A stretch of DNA of 64,000 nt from Nitrosopumilus sp. (GCA_965238275.1 OZ250186.1:960001-1024000); one strand, 5' to 3'. Positions 30,540-41,303 are shown, counted from the stretch's first letter. The notes: generated by a model from the letters alone, not told the origin. Numbers and translations are program-made.

Positions 30540-31257
30540 GCTCCTGAAGATTGCACAGTCAAACGGCAGGGTGATTCTTGCAAACGACTACGATCTGCCT
30601 GCACAGGATCTGTACCAAAAAACACTCCGGAACATCAAGGAACTGCACCCCCATGTGTGTGGCATCAAGCTCAACTTCCACCTGCTTGTCCCGCTGGGCG
30701 GCAGGGAGATTGCATCCATCAACGAGGCTGCACACGAATACGGCCTGCAGACGATTGCCGACATCAAACTCAACGACATTCGAAACACAAACCGGATTGC
30801 AGCAGGACGCCTGTGGGATCTGGGATTTGACGCAGTCATTGCAAATCCGATAATGGGCCCGGAGAGCCTCAAGGATCTGACCGGACTGGCACACAGGGAC
30901 GAAAAGGGCGTCATCTCGCTGTGCCACATGAGTGCCCCCGAGGCCAGAATCTCATACGAACTCCTGACCGGAACCCGGGGGCAGCCACTGTACCGCCTGT
31001 TTCTGGAGTGGGCCCTTGCATCTGATGCAGATGGTATCATAGTGGGCGCCACATTCCCGGACATAATCCGATACTGCTCTGAGCATGCAGCAGGACGACT
31101 GGACATACTCTCCCCAGGCGTGGGCACCCAGGGTGGTGATGCAGGCAGCACCGTCTCGTCTGGTGCAGACTATCTTATAGTGGGCAGGACTATTCTTGGT
31201 GCCAGGGATCCTGTTGAGGCTGCATCAAAACTCCGCCTGCGCACCCTTGGCAAGTAG
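30520..31257 (+). CDS. pyrF: Orotidine 5'-phosphate decarboxylase
   Basis: ADIKLNDI, VGATFP, SPGVGTQGG, IVGRTI. Confidence 0.93.
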   Translation: MATFKTRLLKIAQSNGRVILANDYDLPAQDLYQKTLRNIKELHPHVCGIKLNFHLLVPLGGREIASINEAAHEYGLQTIADIKLNDIRNTNRIAAGRLWDLGFDAVIANPIMGPESLKDLTGLAHRDEKGVISLCHMSAPEARISYELLTGTRGQPLYRLFLEWALASDADGIIVGATFPDIIRYCSEHAAGRLDILSPGVGTQGGDAGSTVSSGADYLIVGRTILGARDPVEAASKLRLRTLGK

Positions 31258-31659
31258 TAGCGCCTGCGCCCTTGTAAGCACCCTTTTTGCATTCTCAAAC
31301 GTGGTCTTCTTCATGGCCTCGTTGTATTCAAGCCACGTATAGTCAAGATGCTCGTGGGATATCTGAATCCTGTCAGTACCAGTCTCGGCCAGAAAGAATA
31401 CAACCTTCTTGTATATTGGCTCCCCGTCGTGCTGGAAACTGTACCTGATCCACTCCTCAAAGTCCCCCACAAAAGACACGTCTGTAATCCCTGTCTCCTC
31501 TGTAGTCTCCCTTAATGCAGTCTGAAGTGCAGTCTCTCCTCCCTCCATCTTGCCCTTTACAAAATCCCAGTGTCCCGAAGGGTAGTGCAACAGCAGAAAA
31601 AGAGTCCTTGAACCGCTCCTTCTAAACAGCACAATTCCCGCAGACATCTCCCTTATCAT
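31225..31659 (-). CDS. NUDIX hydrolase (Ap4A hydrolase-like)
   Basis: GHWDFVKG...ALRETTEETG, ISHEH. Confidence 0.9.
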   Translation of the reverse strand: MIREMSAGIVLFRRSGSRTLFLLLHYPSGHWDFVKGKMEGGETALQTALRETTEETGITDVSFVGDFEEWIRYSFQHDGEPIYKKVVFFLAETGTDRIQISHEHLDYTWLEYNEAMKKTTFENAKRVLTRAQALLLAKGAQAEF

Positions 31660-32426
31660 CTTCCGAGCCTTCTCTTCCTTTCCTGAAATGTTCTGATTGC
31701 CCTCATCAAATCAATTTTTCTAAACTCGGGCCAGAATATATCCATAAAGACCAGCTCGCTGTATGCGCTTTGCCATATCAAAAACCCGCTCAGCCTCTTC
31801 TCGCCGGAGGTTCGCAGAATCATGTCCGGGGACGACTGCGGAAGGTGCGATGTGTACAGGTTGGACTCGATCTCATCCCTGCCAATCTTGTCCACATCCA
31901 GATCCCCGTCAACGACCTTTCGGCATATCTTTCTTACCGCATCTACCAGCTCGTTCTGTCCGCCGTATGCCAGCGCAATATTCAAAAAGTGCCCGTCGTA
32001 CTCTTTGGTATCCTCGTCAAGCCTCCTTAGAACATCCCTTATTGGGTCCGGAAGCATCTCTGTTCTCCCGATTGCCTTGACTCTCATCCTGCATCTGTGA
32101 ATCCTCGGATCTGCAAGAAGCTTCTCCAGCCTCATCTGAATCAGCTTGTAGATGTACACCAGTTCGTCATCCTTCCTTCTAAGATTCTCTGCAGACAGTG
32201 CATACAGCGTCACAATCCCGATGTCAAGCTCCTCGCACCAATCCAGAAGATTCTCCACTGCATCGGCTCCCTTCCCGTGTCCGCTTTGAGGCATCACCAG
32301 ATGTCTTTGGGCCCACCGCCTGTTCCCGTCAAGAATCAACGCCACATGGTTTGGTATGTCCCCGTTTCGAATCTCCCTTTCCAGTCTTCTCTCATAGATC
32401 TTGTAAAGACCCGAGAACCGGAACAC
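31656..32426 (-). CDS. uppS: cis-polyprenyl diphosphate synthase
   Basis: ILDGNRRWA, YGGQNE, RTSGEKRLSGFL. Confidence 0.95.
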   Translation of the reverse strand: MFRFSGLYKIYERRLEREIRNGDIPNHVALILDGNRRWAQRHLVMPQSGHGKGADAVENLLDWCEELDIGIVTLYALSAENLRRKDDELVYIYKLIQMRLEKLLADPRIHRCRMRVKAIGRTEMLPDPIRDVLRRLDEDTKEYDGHFLNIALAYGGQNELVDAVRKICRKVVDGDLDVDKIGRDEIESNLYTSHLPQSSPDMILRTSGEKRLSGFLIWQSAYSELVFMDIFWPEFRKIDLMRAIRTFQERKRRLGR

Positions 32427-32718
32427 GCCGTCCTTTATCTTGCTAATACCTGTCCACCTTCAGTATCATACCATCGTTGAAAATATCAGTGTTTTTAGGG
32501 GAAATGCAACAGCAGCCTAGCCAGACCGAACTTTGCCGTATGTGCTTTGCGTGGATAACGCTACTTTTGGCCAACCGGCTGTTCTGGCGGTACCTGTAGT
32601 TGTCTTGGTTCTTTCACTAATCGCAACCAATTCCTGTCAGATTGCCTGGGTCGCCGTTTGAAGTAGCAGTAGCAGTAGCAGCAGCAGCATCTGATGCGGC
32701 TTTTGGATATGCGGCATC

Positions 32719-33861
32719 TCAGTCTGAGACCATCTGCTGATCCTTGCGCTTTCTGTACTTTTTGAACAGGATCGTAGCTGAGACCAGCGTGACTGCCAAG
32801 CCGCCGAGTATGGGCGGAATCAGGGTAAAGGAGTTCTCGTCATGAATCATTATGTTGGTGAACTGATGTATTGTCGGATACAGCGATGCCAGTACCACGA
32901 TTCTCAGGATATCCGTAATCTGTCTTGGAATTCCTCCGATCCAGTTGCTTAGCAGCGTTCCGACAAGAATGGATCCCATCCCGATCCACAGGATCGGCAG
33001 CGATCCGAATATGAACTGTCCAATGATTACCTTGTTTGTAATGATGCTGATGATCTCTGCTGATTCGTACAGACTGAAATCCACCGAATCGATTCCGGAC
33101 GGGATAGATCCCAAAAGCAGCAGGATTCCTGCCAGCATTGTAGAGATCCTGATGAATCCCATCGGAGTGGGTTTGGCCCAGCTTGTCCACCTCTTGTCTA
33201 CGTCAAACGCCCTGATCAAAAACGCCCCTCCCAAGATGCTTACCAGCACTGCGAATATCTCTGCTGTGTAGTTAAAGACGGTGGCGACTCCGCCAATCAA
33301 CAAAAGAATTCCGGGAACCCCCAGAAAGAATTTGGAGTATCTAGAGTCGTATGCGATCATCTTCAGATACCTTCCAAATACTGCATACGAGTACTCGACA
33401 CTCCTGCTTACCTTCATTACGACACGCTGGACTGACACTACCGGCAGAACGTTCTGGATGACGGGAATGACTGCCTCGTCATCCTCCCCATCAGATACTA
33501 TGACTGCCCCGTCTGCCGAGAATCTTTCAATTACCTGCCTTGTCTCGGCAAGAATCTTCTGATCTGCCTGAACCCCCCTGTTCTTGACTCCTGCAATGGT
33601 GACCACCTCCACCTTGTAGTTCTTGCTGACTAGATCCTCGTATGTCTTGATTGCCGCGAAGATGGAGTTTGAATCCGCATCCTCGGGATCCTCCAATGCC
33701 AGTCTCTGCGCAGCCTCGATGCATGCATTCCTGCCTACCACCGGGGTCGTGATCCCTGCCTTCTCGCCTACGTCGTTGTCCCTGTCAACGCAGATTACAA
33801 GCAGCCTGCTGGATGCAGACGCACTTACATCTTTTTCGATTTTTTTGGAACGTTGGGACAC
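32719..33861 (-). CDS. DUF373 family membrane protein
   Basis: LVICVDRDND, DPEDADSN, VSDGEDDE, C-terminal TMs. Confidence 0.88.
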   Translation of the reverse strand: MSQRSKKIEKDVSASASSRLLVICVDRDNDVGEKAGITTPVVGRNACIEAAQRLALEDPEDADSNSIFAAIKTYEDLVSKNYKVEVVTIAGVKNRGVQADQKILAETRQVIERFSADGAVIVSDGEDDEAVIPVIQNVLPVVSVQRVVMKVSRSVEYSYAVFGRYLKMIAYDSRYSKFFLGVPGILLLIGGVATVFNYTAEIFAVLVSILGGAFLIRAFDVDKRWTSWAKPTPMGFIRISTMLAGILLLLGSIPSGIDSVDFSLYESAEIISIITNKVIIGQFIFGSLPILWIGMGSILVGTLLSNWIGGIPRQITDILRIVVLASLYPTIHQFTNIMIHDENSFTLIPPILGGLAVTLVSATILFKKYRKRKDQQMVSD

Positions 33862-33935
33862 GATCTTATTATACAATATTTCCTTTTTAACTTTAGTAAT
33901 TTCTGGTACCTGCATGTGCCAGATGGGGCCTCAAC

Positions 33936-34433
33936 CTACGGCCTGACATTGTCCGATGCCCTTACCTGTTCTTGGGACTCTGCCCTTAGTGATTCTATCC
34001 TTTGCATGGTCTGTGTAATCTGCTCTTCTGACTCTTCGTTTTCAATCATGCCGGCAAGAACCCTGGTCTCTGCAATGTATGTGTTGAACGTCTTCATTGC
34101 CTCCATGTACTCTATGTAGCTTGCCTGCCATTCCTCCGGCGGCTTTGATGTGACAAACTCGCTTATCTGGGATGTTACCTGTGATGACGTGGTCTCTGTT
34201 ATTGCAACATACTCCTCGGGTGTGATGCTGCCGCTGAGAAGATTCTGGTACTCGATACTGATTGACTCCTGCAGCACCTCGTGAATGCCCTGTACCCCGT
34301 CGAGATGCTGTCTGTAGTCTGATATGACAAACGTTGAATCGTTGCCCTGCGGCACCAACCATATAAGAAAACTTACCGCCGTCACAGCAGCCAGAATGAT
34401 CCCTGTTGCGATCACTCCCTTTTTTGAGGCCAT
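33936..34433 (-). CDS. Hypothetical membrane-anchored protein
   Basis: N-terminal TM, helical body. Confidence 0.75.
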   Translation of the reverse strand: MASKKGVIATGIILAAVTAVSFLIWLVPQGNDSTFVISDYRQHLDGVQGIHEVLQESISIEYQNLLSGSITPEEYVAITETTSSQVTSQISEFVTSKPPEEWQASYIEYMEAMKTFNTYIAETRVLAGMIENEESEEQITQTMQRIESLRAESQEQVRASDNVRP

Positions 34434-34711
34434 TTTGTGTTTTATGATCCTGATGCTTATAACTCATATCTGTCACTCACGACATCCTGTAGTCTCCGTC
34501 TCGTGAAGAGTCTGCGCAGTCCGGATGCAGGCACCCTCCCTTACACGTCAAGCATGCATCCGGCCGGATCGTCCCAAAAGCAGGTTCCTGAAACCCGTAT
34601 CATCTCTGAATTCAGGCATTCTGATGGCAGAAGTAATTAGCATATCTCAACCCTATAGTCAAATAGCTTTCACATACTCTTCCTAAATAACCCCTCACAA
34701 TCAGTTTGGGA

Positions 34712-34855
34712 ATGGCTGAAGCATACTGTGTAAAATGTCGAGCAAAACGGGAGATAAAAAACCCTGAAACAACAACGCTCAAGAACGGACGCCCCGCCGT
34801 AAGGGGGACATGTCCCACATGCGGAACAAAAGTTTTCCGGATAGGAAAAGCCTAG
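34712..34855 (+). CDS. 47-aa zinc-ribbon protein (DUF5679/Cren7-like), absent from the ORF track
   Basis: MAEAYCVKCRAKREIKNPETTTLKNGRPAVRGTCPTCGTKVFRIGKA. Confidence 0.85.
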   Translation: MAEAYCVKCRAKREIKNPETTTLKNGRPAVRGTCPTCGTKVFRIGKA

Positions 34856-34914
34856 TGGGCACCACCACCTTTATTTTTCAAAACCAATATAGTGCTCCTC
34901 TGTCAATCCATGTC

Positions 34915-35337
34915 ATGAATGAGGAGCAATACACGAATCTGCTGGGACGCATCCAGGGCAGTTTGGGAGACACTGACAAGAATGCCTCTGCAAGGTTCGA
35001 ACTTCCGGTAGTGGATGTGCTGTGGGAGGGGCAAAAGACGTTTCTGCGAAATTTTTCGGACTTTCCCAAGGTTCTGCGCAGGAACCCGGACAAGGTTCTT
35101 CAGTACCTCTCAAAGGAGTTTGCAGTTCCCGCAGAGAAGCTCGGGGACAAGGCAATGTTTATTGGCCGACGTGCCCCTGACGACTTTACAAGGCTGTTTC
35201 AGATTTATGTAAAGGACTATCTGGAATGCCATACCTGCAAGAGTCCGGATACAAAGATCCACAAGGAGAACCGAATATCGTTTCTGATCTGTGAGGCGTG
35301 TGGGGCAAAATCCACATTGAAAGGCAAGTATGCATGA
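34915..35337 (+). CDS. Translation initiation factor aIF-2 beta
   Basis: RFELP, KTFLRNF, C-terminal CHTCKSPDT...CEACG zinc ribbon. Confidence 0.93.
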   Translation: MNEEQYTNLLGRIQGSLGDTDKNASARFELPVVDVLWEGQKTFLRNFSDFPKVLRRNPDKVLQYLSKEFAVPAEKLGDKAMFIGRRAPDDFTRLFQIYVKDYLECHTCKSPDTKIHKENRISFLICEACGAKSTLKGKYA

Positions 35338-35630
35338 TGCAATTTTCAGTAAAAATGACTGACTATCAGCACAATCTGATGCTCAACATATGCGATGCCG
35401 ATATCCTGGAACGACGCCTGACAGATGGCGATCTTCGTATGCATATCAGCAAGGGCTGCTATGGTGAGAATCTGGTAGGATGGAAGGAGGCAGAGGATCT
35501 GCTGGAAAAGTCCTCCATAATTAACATGGCAGGAGAAAAGATAGTCCGTCTGTCAATAGAGATCGGCGTGGGCTCTGAGGCAGGAATAAGGACCATATCT
35601 GACGTTCCGTTTCTAATAGCCTTCAAGTAG
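35334..35630 (+). CDS. DUF424 family protein
   Basis: LNICDADIL, YGENLV, IINMAGE. Confidence 0.85.
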   Translation: MMQFSVKMTDYQHNLMLNICDADILERRLTDGDLRMHISKGCYGENLVGWKEAEDLLEKSSIINMAGEKIVRLSIEIGVGSEAGIRTISDVPFLIAFK

Positions 35631-35804
35631 TCCCGGCTCCTCCATGGATTCGACAAAAGGAGGCCATGCGTGATATCCGGCATTCAAGATTCCTGCAATC
35701 CTGCCGGTAGGCGTGTGCCTGACGCAGAATGGAGAACATTCAAACCACGGTTATCCATGCCGCTCAAAGGAAATCCATTTACCCTGAGACGTGCAAATTC
35801 TTTC

Positions 35805-36584
35805 ATGTCTGATGAGGTTGGCCGAAAGCTCGGATCCAAGATAGACCGGAAGCTTATCCGGAAGTCCCGACGTGGGGGTCTCAAGGATGGCTTCAAGAAG
35901 GGAAAGGTCGTCAACGAGGTGCTGGACAAGCCTACTGTCATGATGCTATACAAGATGATCTCAGATCATGTCATAGCATACGTCAACGGCGCAGTCAGTG
36001 CAGGCAAGGAGTCAGTACTGTTCTGGGGGGTTGATGAGGACGGCGTCAGCATCGCACTTAAAATCTATCTGGTAAGCACATCAAATTTCAAAAAGCGCGA
36101 GATCTACATTGCGGGGGATCCCAGATTCTCACACATGAAAAGAGGTACCAGAAATTTGGTTTATCTGTGGGCAAGAAAAGAATTTCGCAACCTGTCCCAG
36201 TGTTACAATGCCGGCCTTGATGTTCCAAGACCGCTGTACGTGGCAAACAACATACTTGCCATGGAGTTTGTAGGCAGAGACGGCCGGCCTGCAGCATCCC
36301 TGCTTGAATCCGATGTGGATCGCGACGACTATGATCAGGCAGTATCGATCATTCGTGACATGTACTGCAAGGCGCATCTGGTACACGGCGACTATTCAGA
36401 GTATAACATATTCAAGACACATGATGGCCTGGTACCGTTTGACATGGGCTCTGCAGTAGACCTGAGACACCCAAACTCCATGGAGTTTCTTAAAAGAGAT
36501 ATTAACAACATTACACGGTTCTTCAGTAAAAGGGGAGTCCCTGTTGAAGATCCAGCAAAAATACTTGGGGATGTTACAAGATGA
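35805..36584 (+). CDS. rio1: RIO1 serine kinase
   Basis: SAGKES, WARKEFRNL, LVHGDYSEYNI, FDMGSAV. Confidence 0.93.
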   Translation: MSDEVGRKLGSKIDRKLIRKSRRGGLKDGFKKGKVVNEVLDKPTVMMLYKMISDHVIAYVNGAVSAGKESVLFWGVDEDGVSIALKIYLVSTSNFKKREIYIAGDPRFSHMKRGTRNLVYLWARKEFRNLSQCYNAGLDVPRPLYVANNILAMEFVGRDGRPAASLLESDVDRDDYDQAVSIIRDMYCKAHLVHGDYSEYNIFKTHDGLVPFDMGSAVDLRHPNSMEFLKRDINNITRFFSKRGVPVEDPAKILGDVTR

Positions 36585-37153
36585 TCTTTGAAAAACTCGT
36601 TCGTATTCCAGACGACAGAATCGCAGTCCTGATTGGAAAGTCGGGATCCGTAAAATCCCGAATAGAAACATCCTGTCATGTCGTGCTGGAGATTGACGGC
36701 AATACAGGCGAGATTCTTGTAAAATCCGACGACGACGTGGCAAAGATCAGGCCGTTCAAGGCCGTGGAGATAGTCATGGCCATCGGAAGGGGGTTTTCAC
36801 CCCAGACTGCCATGACCCTGTTGAAGGGCCAGAACACGCTGCATATTATCGATCTCAAGGAGTTTGCCGGCAGGTCCAAGACCGGCATTGAAAGGATTAA
36901 AGGTAGACTTATTGGAGAAGGCGGTAGGGCTAGACGAAACATGGAAAATCTAAGTGGTACCAGCATCTCAGTTTACGGTAAAACCGTCTCCATCATTGGC
37001 AGTGTGGACAGACTGCGGCTGGCAGTTGATGCAGTCTCATCGATCTCAAAGGGTAGTGTGCATGGAGCCGTGTATGGCAGACTGGAGGCTGCAAACAGGC
37101 AAACCAGGCAGGAACGGATGATACTGTGGGAAGATCAAAATGTCCTTGATTAA
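36581..37153 (+). CDS. KH-domain RNA-processing protein (Dim2/Pno1)
   Basis: VLIGKSG, AIGRGFS, RIKGRLIGEGG. Confidence 0.9.
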   Translation: MIFEKLVRIPDDRIAVLIGKSGSVKSRIETSCHVVLEIDGNTGEILVKSDDDVAKIRPFKAVEIVMAIGRGFSPQTAMTLLKGQNTLHIIDLKEFAGRSKTGIERIKGRLIGEGGRARRNMENLSGTSISVYGKTVSIIGSVDRLRLAVDAVSSISKGSVHGAVYGRLEAANRQTRQERMILWEDQNVLD

Positions 37154-38999
37154 GGAACAGTTCAACCAGATATCCCCCAGCGAGTTCTTTTACAGCAACC
37201 GGGATCTGGCAGGATTCAGTAACCCCACGCGCTCGCTTTATACGGCTGTACGGGAGTTTGTCGAGAACTCGCTTGATGCGTGTGATCAGAAGAGAATCCT
37301 TCCCACCGTCTATCTTACAATCAAGCCAGTTGATCCTGACAAGCACGATCCGCGTCACTACATCCTTACCGTTCGTGACAACGGTCCGGGCATTGATCCA
37401 AAGCACATCCCACTTGCATTTGGAACCGTCCTGTATGGCTCCAAGTTTGGCCTCAAGCAGGCGCGGGGCATGTTCGGACTTGGCGCAACCATGGCAATAC
37501 TGTACGGCCAGATTACCACCAACAGGCCTGTAACAGTAAAAAGCTCCACTGATGGAAAGACCCAGCACGTATTTGAGATACTGCTGGACATTCAGAAGAA
37601 CAAGCCTGTGATAGTCAAGCATGAAACTGTAAAGACTTCGACTAGGGGACTTTCTGTGAGTATCTGTCTGGAGGGAGATTACTCCAAGGCCGGAATCAAG
37701 ATTCGCGACTACGTCTACGAGACATCCCTCATTACACCGTATGCCACCATCACATTTGATGATCCCAAGGGACAGACATTCCGCAACCCCCGGTTTGTAA
37801 AAGACATTCCCCCTGCCCCTACCATAATCCAACCACATCCGCACGGAATTGATGTAGAACGGATAAGAAGAATGATAACCGAATCCAGATTCGAGATTCC
37901 TACCATTACTGATGCAATGATTTACAAGATTCGAAAGGATCTGAACCTTTCCAAGGGCAACTTCAAGTATGCTGCAATCATGGGACGGGCAAAAAAGAGA
38001 TGGAAGGGCCTGTCGCGCCAGGTACGGGTCTCGCTTGCCATAATGTCGTTTCTAAAGATGGATTTTGAAAAATTAAGCAAGATCAAGATCGAAGAAATTG
38101 ATGTTCCCAACAAAAAGATATCCTATTGGGACTTTGGAGTCTCCCAGTCCAAGTCAGTCAGCATGAATCCTGCAAGCCAGTATTACAGACAGCTAACAAA
38201 CACTGTTCAGGGGGAGCCGCTTGACACGTTTCTAACCAAGAGGTTCCAACGCGTAGGCCCTACCACTGCAGCAAAGTTTGCCGGGTTTGCCGGCTTCAAG
38301 CCTGAGAAAAGAATGGGAACCATGACCAATCAGGAACTGGTAATGCTAAGCGACTCTCTTCAAAAATTTGACGGTTTTCTTACACCGGATTCAAGCTGCC
38401 TTGCGCCACTTGGAACAAAATCCCTTGAGAAGGGAATCAACAAGTTCTTCAACCCACAATTCACTGCCGTAATACAGCGTCCGGCCTCTGCCTACTCTGG
38501 ATTTCCGTTTATAATTGAGATGGGCATCGCCTACGGAGGAGACATCAAGACCGGCGGACCACATGTCTACCGATACGCAAATCGAATTCCATTGCTCTAT
38601 GACGAGGGAAGCGACGTGGTTCTCAAGGTAATAAACGAGATCGACTGGGGAAGATACAAGGTCAAAGGCGAGCCGCCGTTTGTCATCATATCCCACATAT
38701 GCTCCACTAGAATTCCGTACAAGACGGCCGGAAAGGAGAACGTTGCAGACCGGCAGGAGATCGAACGAGAGATCAGGCTGGCAATACAGTATCTGTCAAG
38801 AAAGCTTGCCTCATACATGTCAAAGAGAGGGCAGGCAGACGCGGCCAAGAAACGGGCCAACCTGTATGCAAAGTACATCCCACTCATCTCCCAGTTTTGT
38901 ACGGAGCTTGCAGGCAAGGAGCAGGAACCAAAATACGGGAGCATGTTGGAAGTCCAGGGTCCGGTGGTACCTGACAGGATTGCAGAGGGGAAAGAATGA
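37140..38999 (+). CDS. top6B: DNA topoisomerase VI subunit B
   Basis: EFVENSLDA, DNGPGI, GSKF..KQARGMFGLG, RYANRIPLL. Confidence 0.96.
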   Translation: MSLIKEQFNQISPSEFFYSNRDLAGFSNPTRSLYTAVREFVENSLDACDQKRILPTVYLTIKPVDPDKHDPRHYILTVRDNGPGIDPKHIPLAFGTVLYGSKFGLKQARGMFGLGATMAILYGQITTNRPVTVKSSTDGKTQHVFEILLDIQKNKPVIVKHETVKTSTRGLSVSICLEGDYSKAGIKIRDYVYETSLITPYATITFDDPKGQTFRNPRFVKDIPPAPTIIQPHPHGIDVERIRRMITESRFEIPTITDAMIYKIRKDLNLSKGNFKYAAIMGRAKKRWKGLSRQVRVSLAIMSFLKMDFEKLSKIKIEEIDVPNKKISYWDFGVSQSKSVSMNPASQYYRQLTNTVQGEPLDTFLTKRFQRVGPTTAAKFAGFAGFKPEKRMGTMTNQELVMLSDSLQKFDGFLTPDSSCLAPLGTKSLEKGINKFFNPQFTAVIQRPASAYSGFPFIIEMGIAYGGDIKTGGPHVYRYANRIPLLYDEGSDVVLKVINEIDWGRYKVKGEPPFVIISHICSTRIPYKTAGKENVADRQEIEREIRLAIQYLSRKLASYMSKRGQADAAKKRANLYAKYIPLISQFCTELAGKEQEPKYGSMLEVQGPVVPDRIAEGKE

Positions 39000-40597
39000 T
39001 GGCAGGCAAGAAGGCATATACTAATAGTAAAAAGGCCACCCCCACCAAGATAGGCGCCACCAAAAAGAAATCCGCCACCAAAAAGAAATCCGCCACCAAA
39101 AAGAAATCCGCCACCAAAAAGGCACCTACAACCAAGCAGACCACCCTCATCAAGAGGAAATCCCCCGGCGGCATCAAAAAGGCCACCCCCACCAAGACAG
39201 GCGCCACCAAAAAGAAATCCGCCACCAAAAAGGCACCTACAACCAAGCAGACCACCCTCACCAGAAAGAAACCCGTCGACGCCAAGAAGGCTACTCAGAT
39301 CAAGAAGACCGGCGCCACCAAAAAGAAGACAGCCGCCACCAAAAAACCCGCTTCCGCTACGAGGACTACTCCAGCCAAGAAGACAGCCGCCACCAAAAAG
39401 AAGACAGCCGCCACCAAAAAACCCGCTTCCGCTACGAGGACTACTCCAGCCAAGAAGACCGGCGCCACCAAAAAGAAGACAGCCGCCACCAAAAAATCCG
39501 CCTCCATTAGGAAGGCCGCCACCAATGCTATGATGAAACAAAAGAACGTGCTTGATGCCCTCAGGATTCATGGCACAAAGATATACGATGATTTGAACTC
39601 TGGAAAATTTCCGCAGTTTTCGATACCTAGCAGATCAGTCAATAACATCGTCTATGACAAAAAGCATAGACAGTATATCCTGGGAAACAATTCGGCATTG
39701 AGAAGTGCAAAGAACTCGTCCCAGCTAAGATCCTTTACACAGCTTATGTGGCTTGCATTCTTTGCCAACAGGCTGACCCATGAGAAAAAGTCCTCGACTC
39801 TGAGGGACGTCTACTATTCGTCGCAGGCCTTTGCAATTGATTTTGACAGCCAGTCAGAATCCGACAACATTATAGTGGATCTAGAGGCGGTAACTGCAAA
39901 ACCGCGGGAAGATTTTCACATATTCCCAGAAGAGAGGAGCTCCATATTTGGCGACTTGGACATCGAGTACACGGTTCCTGGTTATGAGGGAAATTCTATG
40001 AACCTGTCCAACCATCCAGACGGGTATGCCATAGGGCCCAGTCTGACTACTGCCGAACTGGTAGGTACGAGTGCCGAGATTGTTATTGCAATCGAGAAAG
40101 GCGGACTCTTTACAAGATTCGTTGAAGAGCAGGTAGACAAAAAATTCAAGTCCATAATCATAAACACCGGAGGACAGGCACCCCGTTCCACCAGGACCCT
40201 TCTCAAGAGGCTCCATGATGAGCTGGGGCTGCCTATCATCATCCTTACTGACGGTGATGTGTACGGGGAGCATATTGCCATGGTTATAAAATCCGGATCT
40301 GCCAACGCGGCCCACCTCAGGGAACTGACCGTCCCTGATGCAAAGTGGGTCGGTGTGTGGGCAACTGACATTGAAAAATACAAACTGCCTACAATTCCGA
40401 TGACAGAGTCTGACATCAAGAGATGCTACGATCTGAAGAAGGATCCCAGATATGCCGACGGAATATGGAAAAAGGAACTGGAAGTATTCCTGAGGCTTAA
40501 AAGAAAGGCAGAGCTGGAGGCCTTTTCAAAATACGGTCTTACAAACATAACTGACAAGTACCTGCCGCACAAGCTGGAACTGGCAAAGAGCCTCTGA
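38996..40597 (+). CDS. top6A: DNA topoisomerase VI subunit A with ~180-aa Lys/Ala/Thr-rich N-terminal extension
   Basis: TLRDVYY, IEKGG, TDGDVYGEHI, KAELEA. Confidence 0.95.
   Translation: MMAGKKAYTNSKKATPTKIGATKKKSATKKKSATKKKSATKKAPTTKQTTLIKRKSPGGIKKATPTKTGATKKKSATKKAPTTKQTTLTRKKPVDAKKATQIKKTGATKKKTAATKKPASATRTTPAKKTAATKKKTAATKKPASATRTTPAKKTGATKKKTAATKKSASIRKAATNAMMKQKNVLDALRIHGTKIYDDLNSGKFPQFSIPSRSVNNIVYDKKHRQYILGNNSALRSAKNSSQLRSFTQLMWLAFFANRLTHEKKSSTLRDVYYSSQAFAIDFDSQSESDNIIVDLEAVTAKPREDFHIFPEERSSIFGDLDIEYTVPGYEGNSMNLSNHPDGYAIGPSLTTAELVGTSAEIVIAIEKGGLFTRFVEEQVDKKFKSIIINTGGQAPRSTRTLLKRLHDELGLPIIILTDGDVYGEHIAMVIKSGSANAAHLRELTVPDAKWVGVWATDIEKYKLPTIPMTESDIKRCYDLKKDPRYADGIWKKELEVFLRLKRKAELEAFSKYGLTNITDKYLPHKLELAKSL
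39030..39525. repeat. Coding repeats (gccaccaaaaagaaatcc and larger duplications)
   Basis: ATKKKS x3 and duplicated KKTAATKKPASATRTTPAKK. Confidence 0.9.
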
Positions 40598-41056
40598 CTA
40601 TCTTATTCTCAGCGTCAGGACTCCGTTTCTATACTTGAAGTCCAGTATCTGCATGTTGTCTGCACCGTCCATTGGAACCTCTCTTGTGAATCCTGCAGTC
40701 CCGCGTATATACAGGATACAGTCAATGAGCCTAACTGTGATCTTCTCCTCGGGTCCGGGAACCTCGGCCACAAAGACAAACTCGTTTTCACCCTTTATGA
40801 GATCGTATACCCAGTTTTTTGACTCCTGCTCCCTCACACCGCTGTAAAACGGCTTTTGCTCCTTTGTGATCTTCCTCAGGTATCTGACCCAGTAGAACAT
40901 GGTCAGCGCAGCCACGCCAATCAGGATAAAACTCACAAATCCTGAATCCTGCCTCTGTGACATGACGTAGATTATCCCAAGAAGCACGATGACTACAATC
41001 GGAATGACAAAGTTCAGTGACTGTTCATTTGAGTATGTGCCCTTGTAGCTTGCCAA
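40598..41056 (-). CDS. Membrane-anchored Hsp20/alpha-crystallin-like protein
   Basis: Two TMs, then VAEVPG...YRNGVLTLRI. Confidence 0.8.
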   Translation of the reverse strand: MASYKGTYSNEQSLNFVIPIVVIVLLGIIYVMSQRQDSGFVSFILIGVAALTMFYWVRYLRKITKEQKPFYSGVREQESKNWVYDLIKGENEFVFVAEVPGPEEKITVRLIDCILYIRGTAGFTREVPMDGADNMQILDFKYRNGVLTLRIR

Positions 41057-41303
41057 ACAACAAGAATACTGCTCTGCCAAATATAAAAGACTCTATGCGG
41101 AATCCTGCCTCCCCATTGGAGATGGCATCGCCAATCTGAATTACAGGAGCCTGCGAATGTGAGCCGGGAATCACATGAACCATTCTGGCAGACTGACACT
41201 GCCTGCTCAGGCACAAATCCGCGCATCCATACGAACCCCTGCGCCCTTCTCTGCACGACTGGCGATCTCGTACTTTTTATTACCACTCGGCATAATCCCG
41301 CCG

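Noticed and set aside
38597-39571. Gly/Phe/Leu-rich 324-aa minus-strand ORF and similar ORFs at 51162-51687
   Set aside because: Antisense shadows of Lys-rich repeats.
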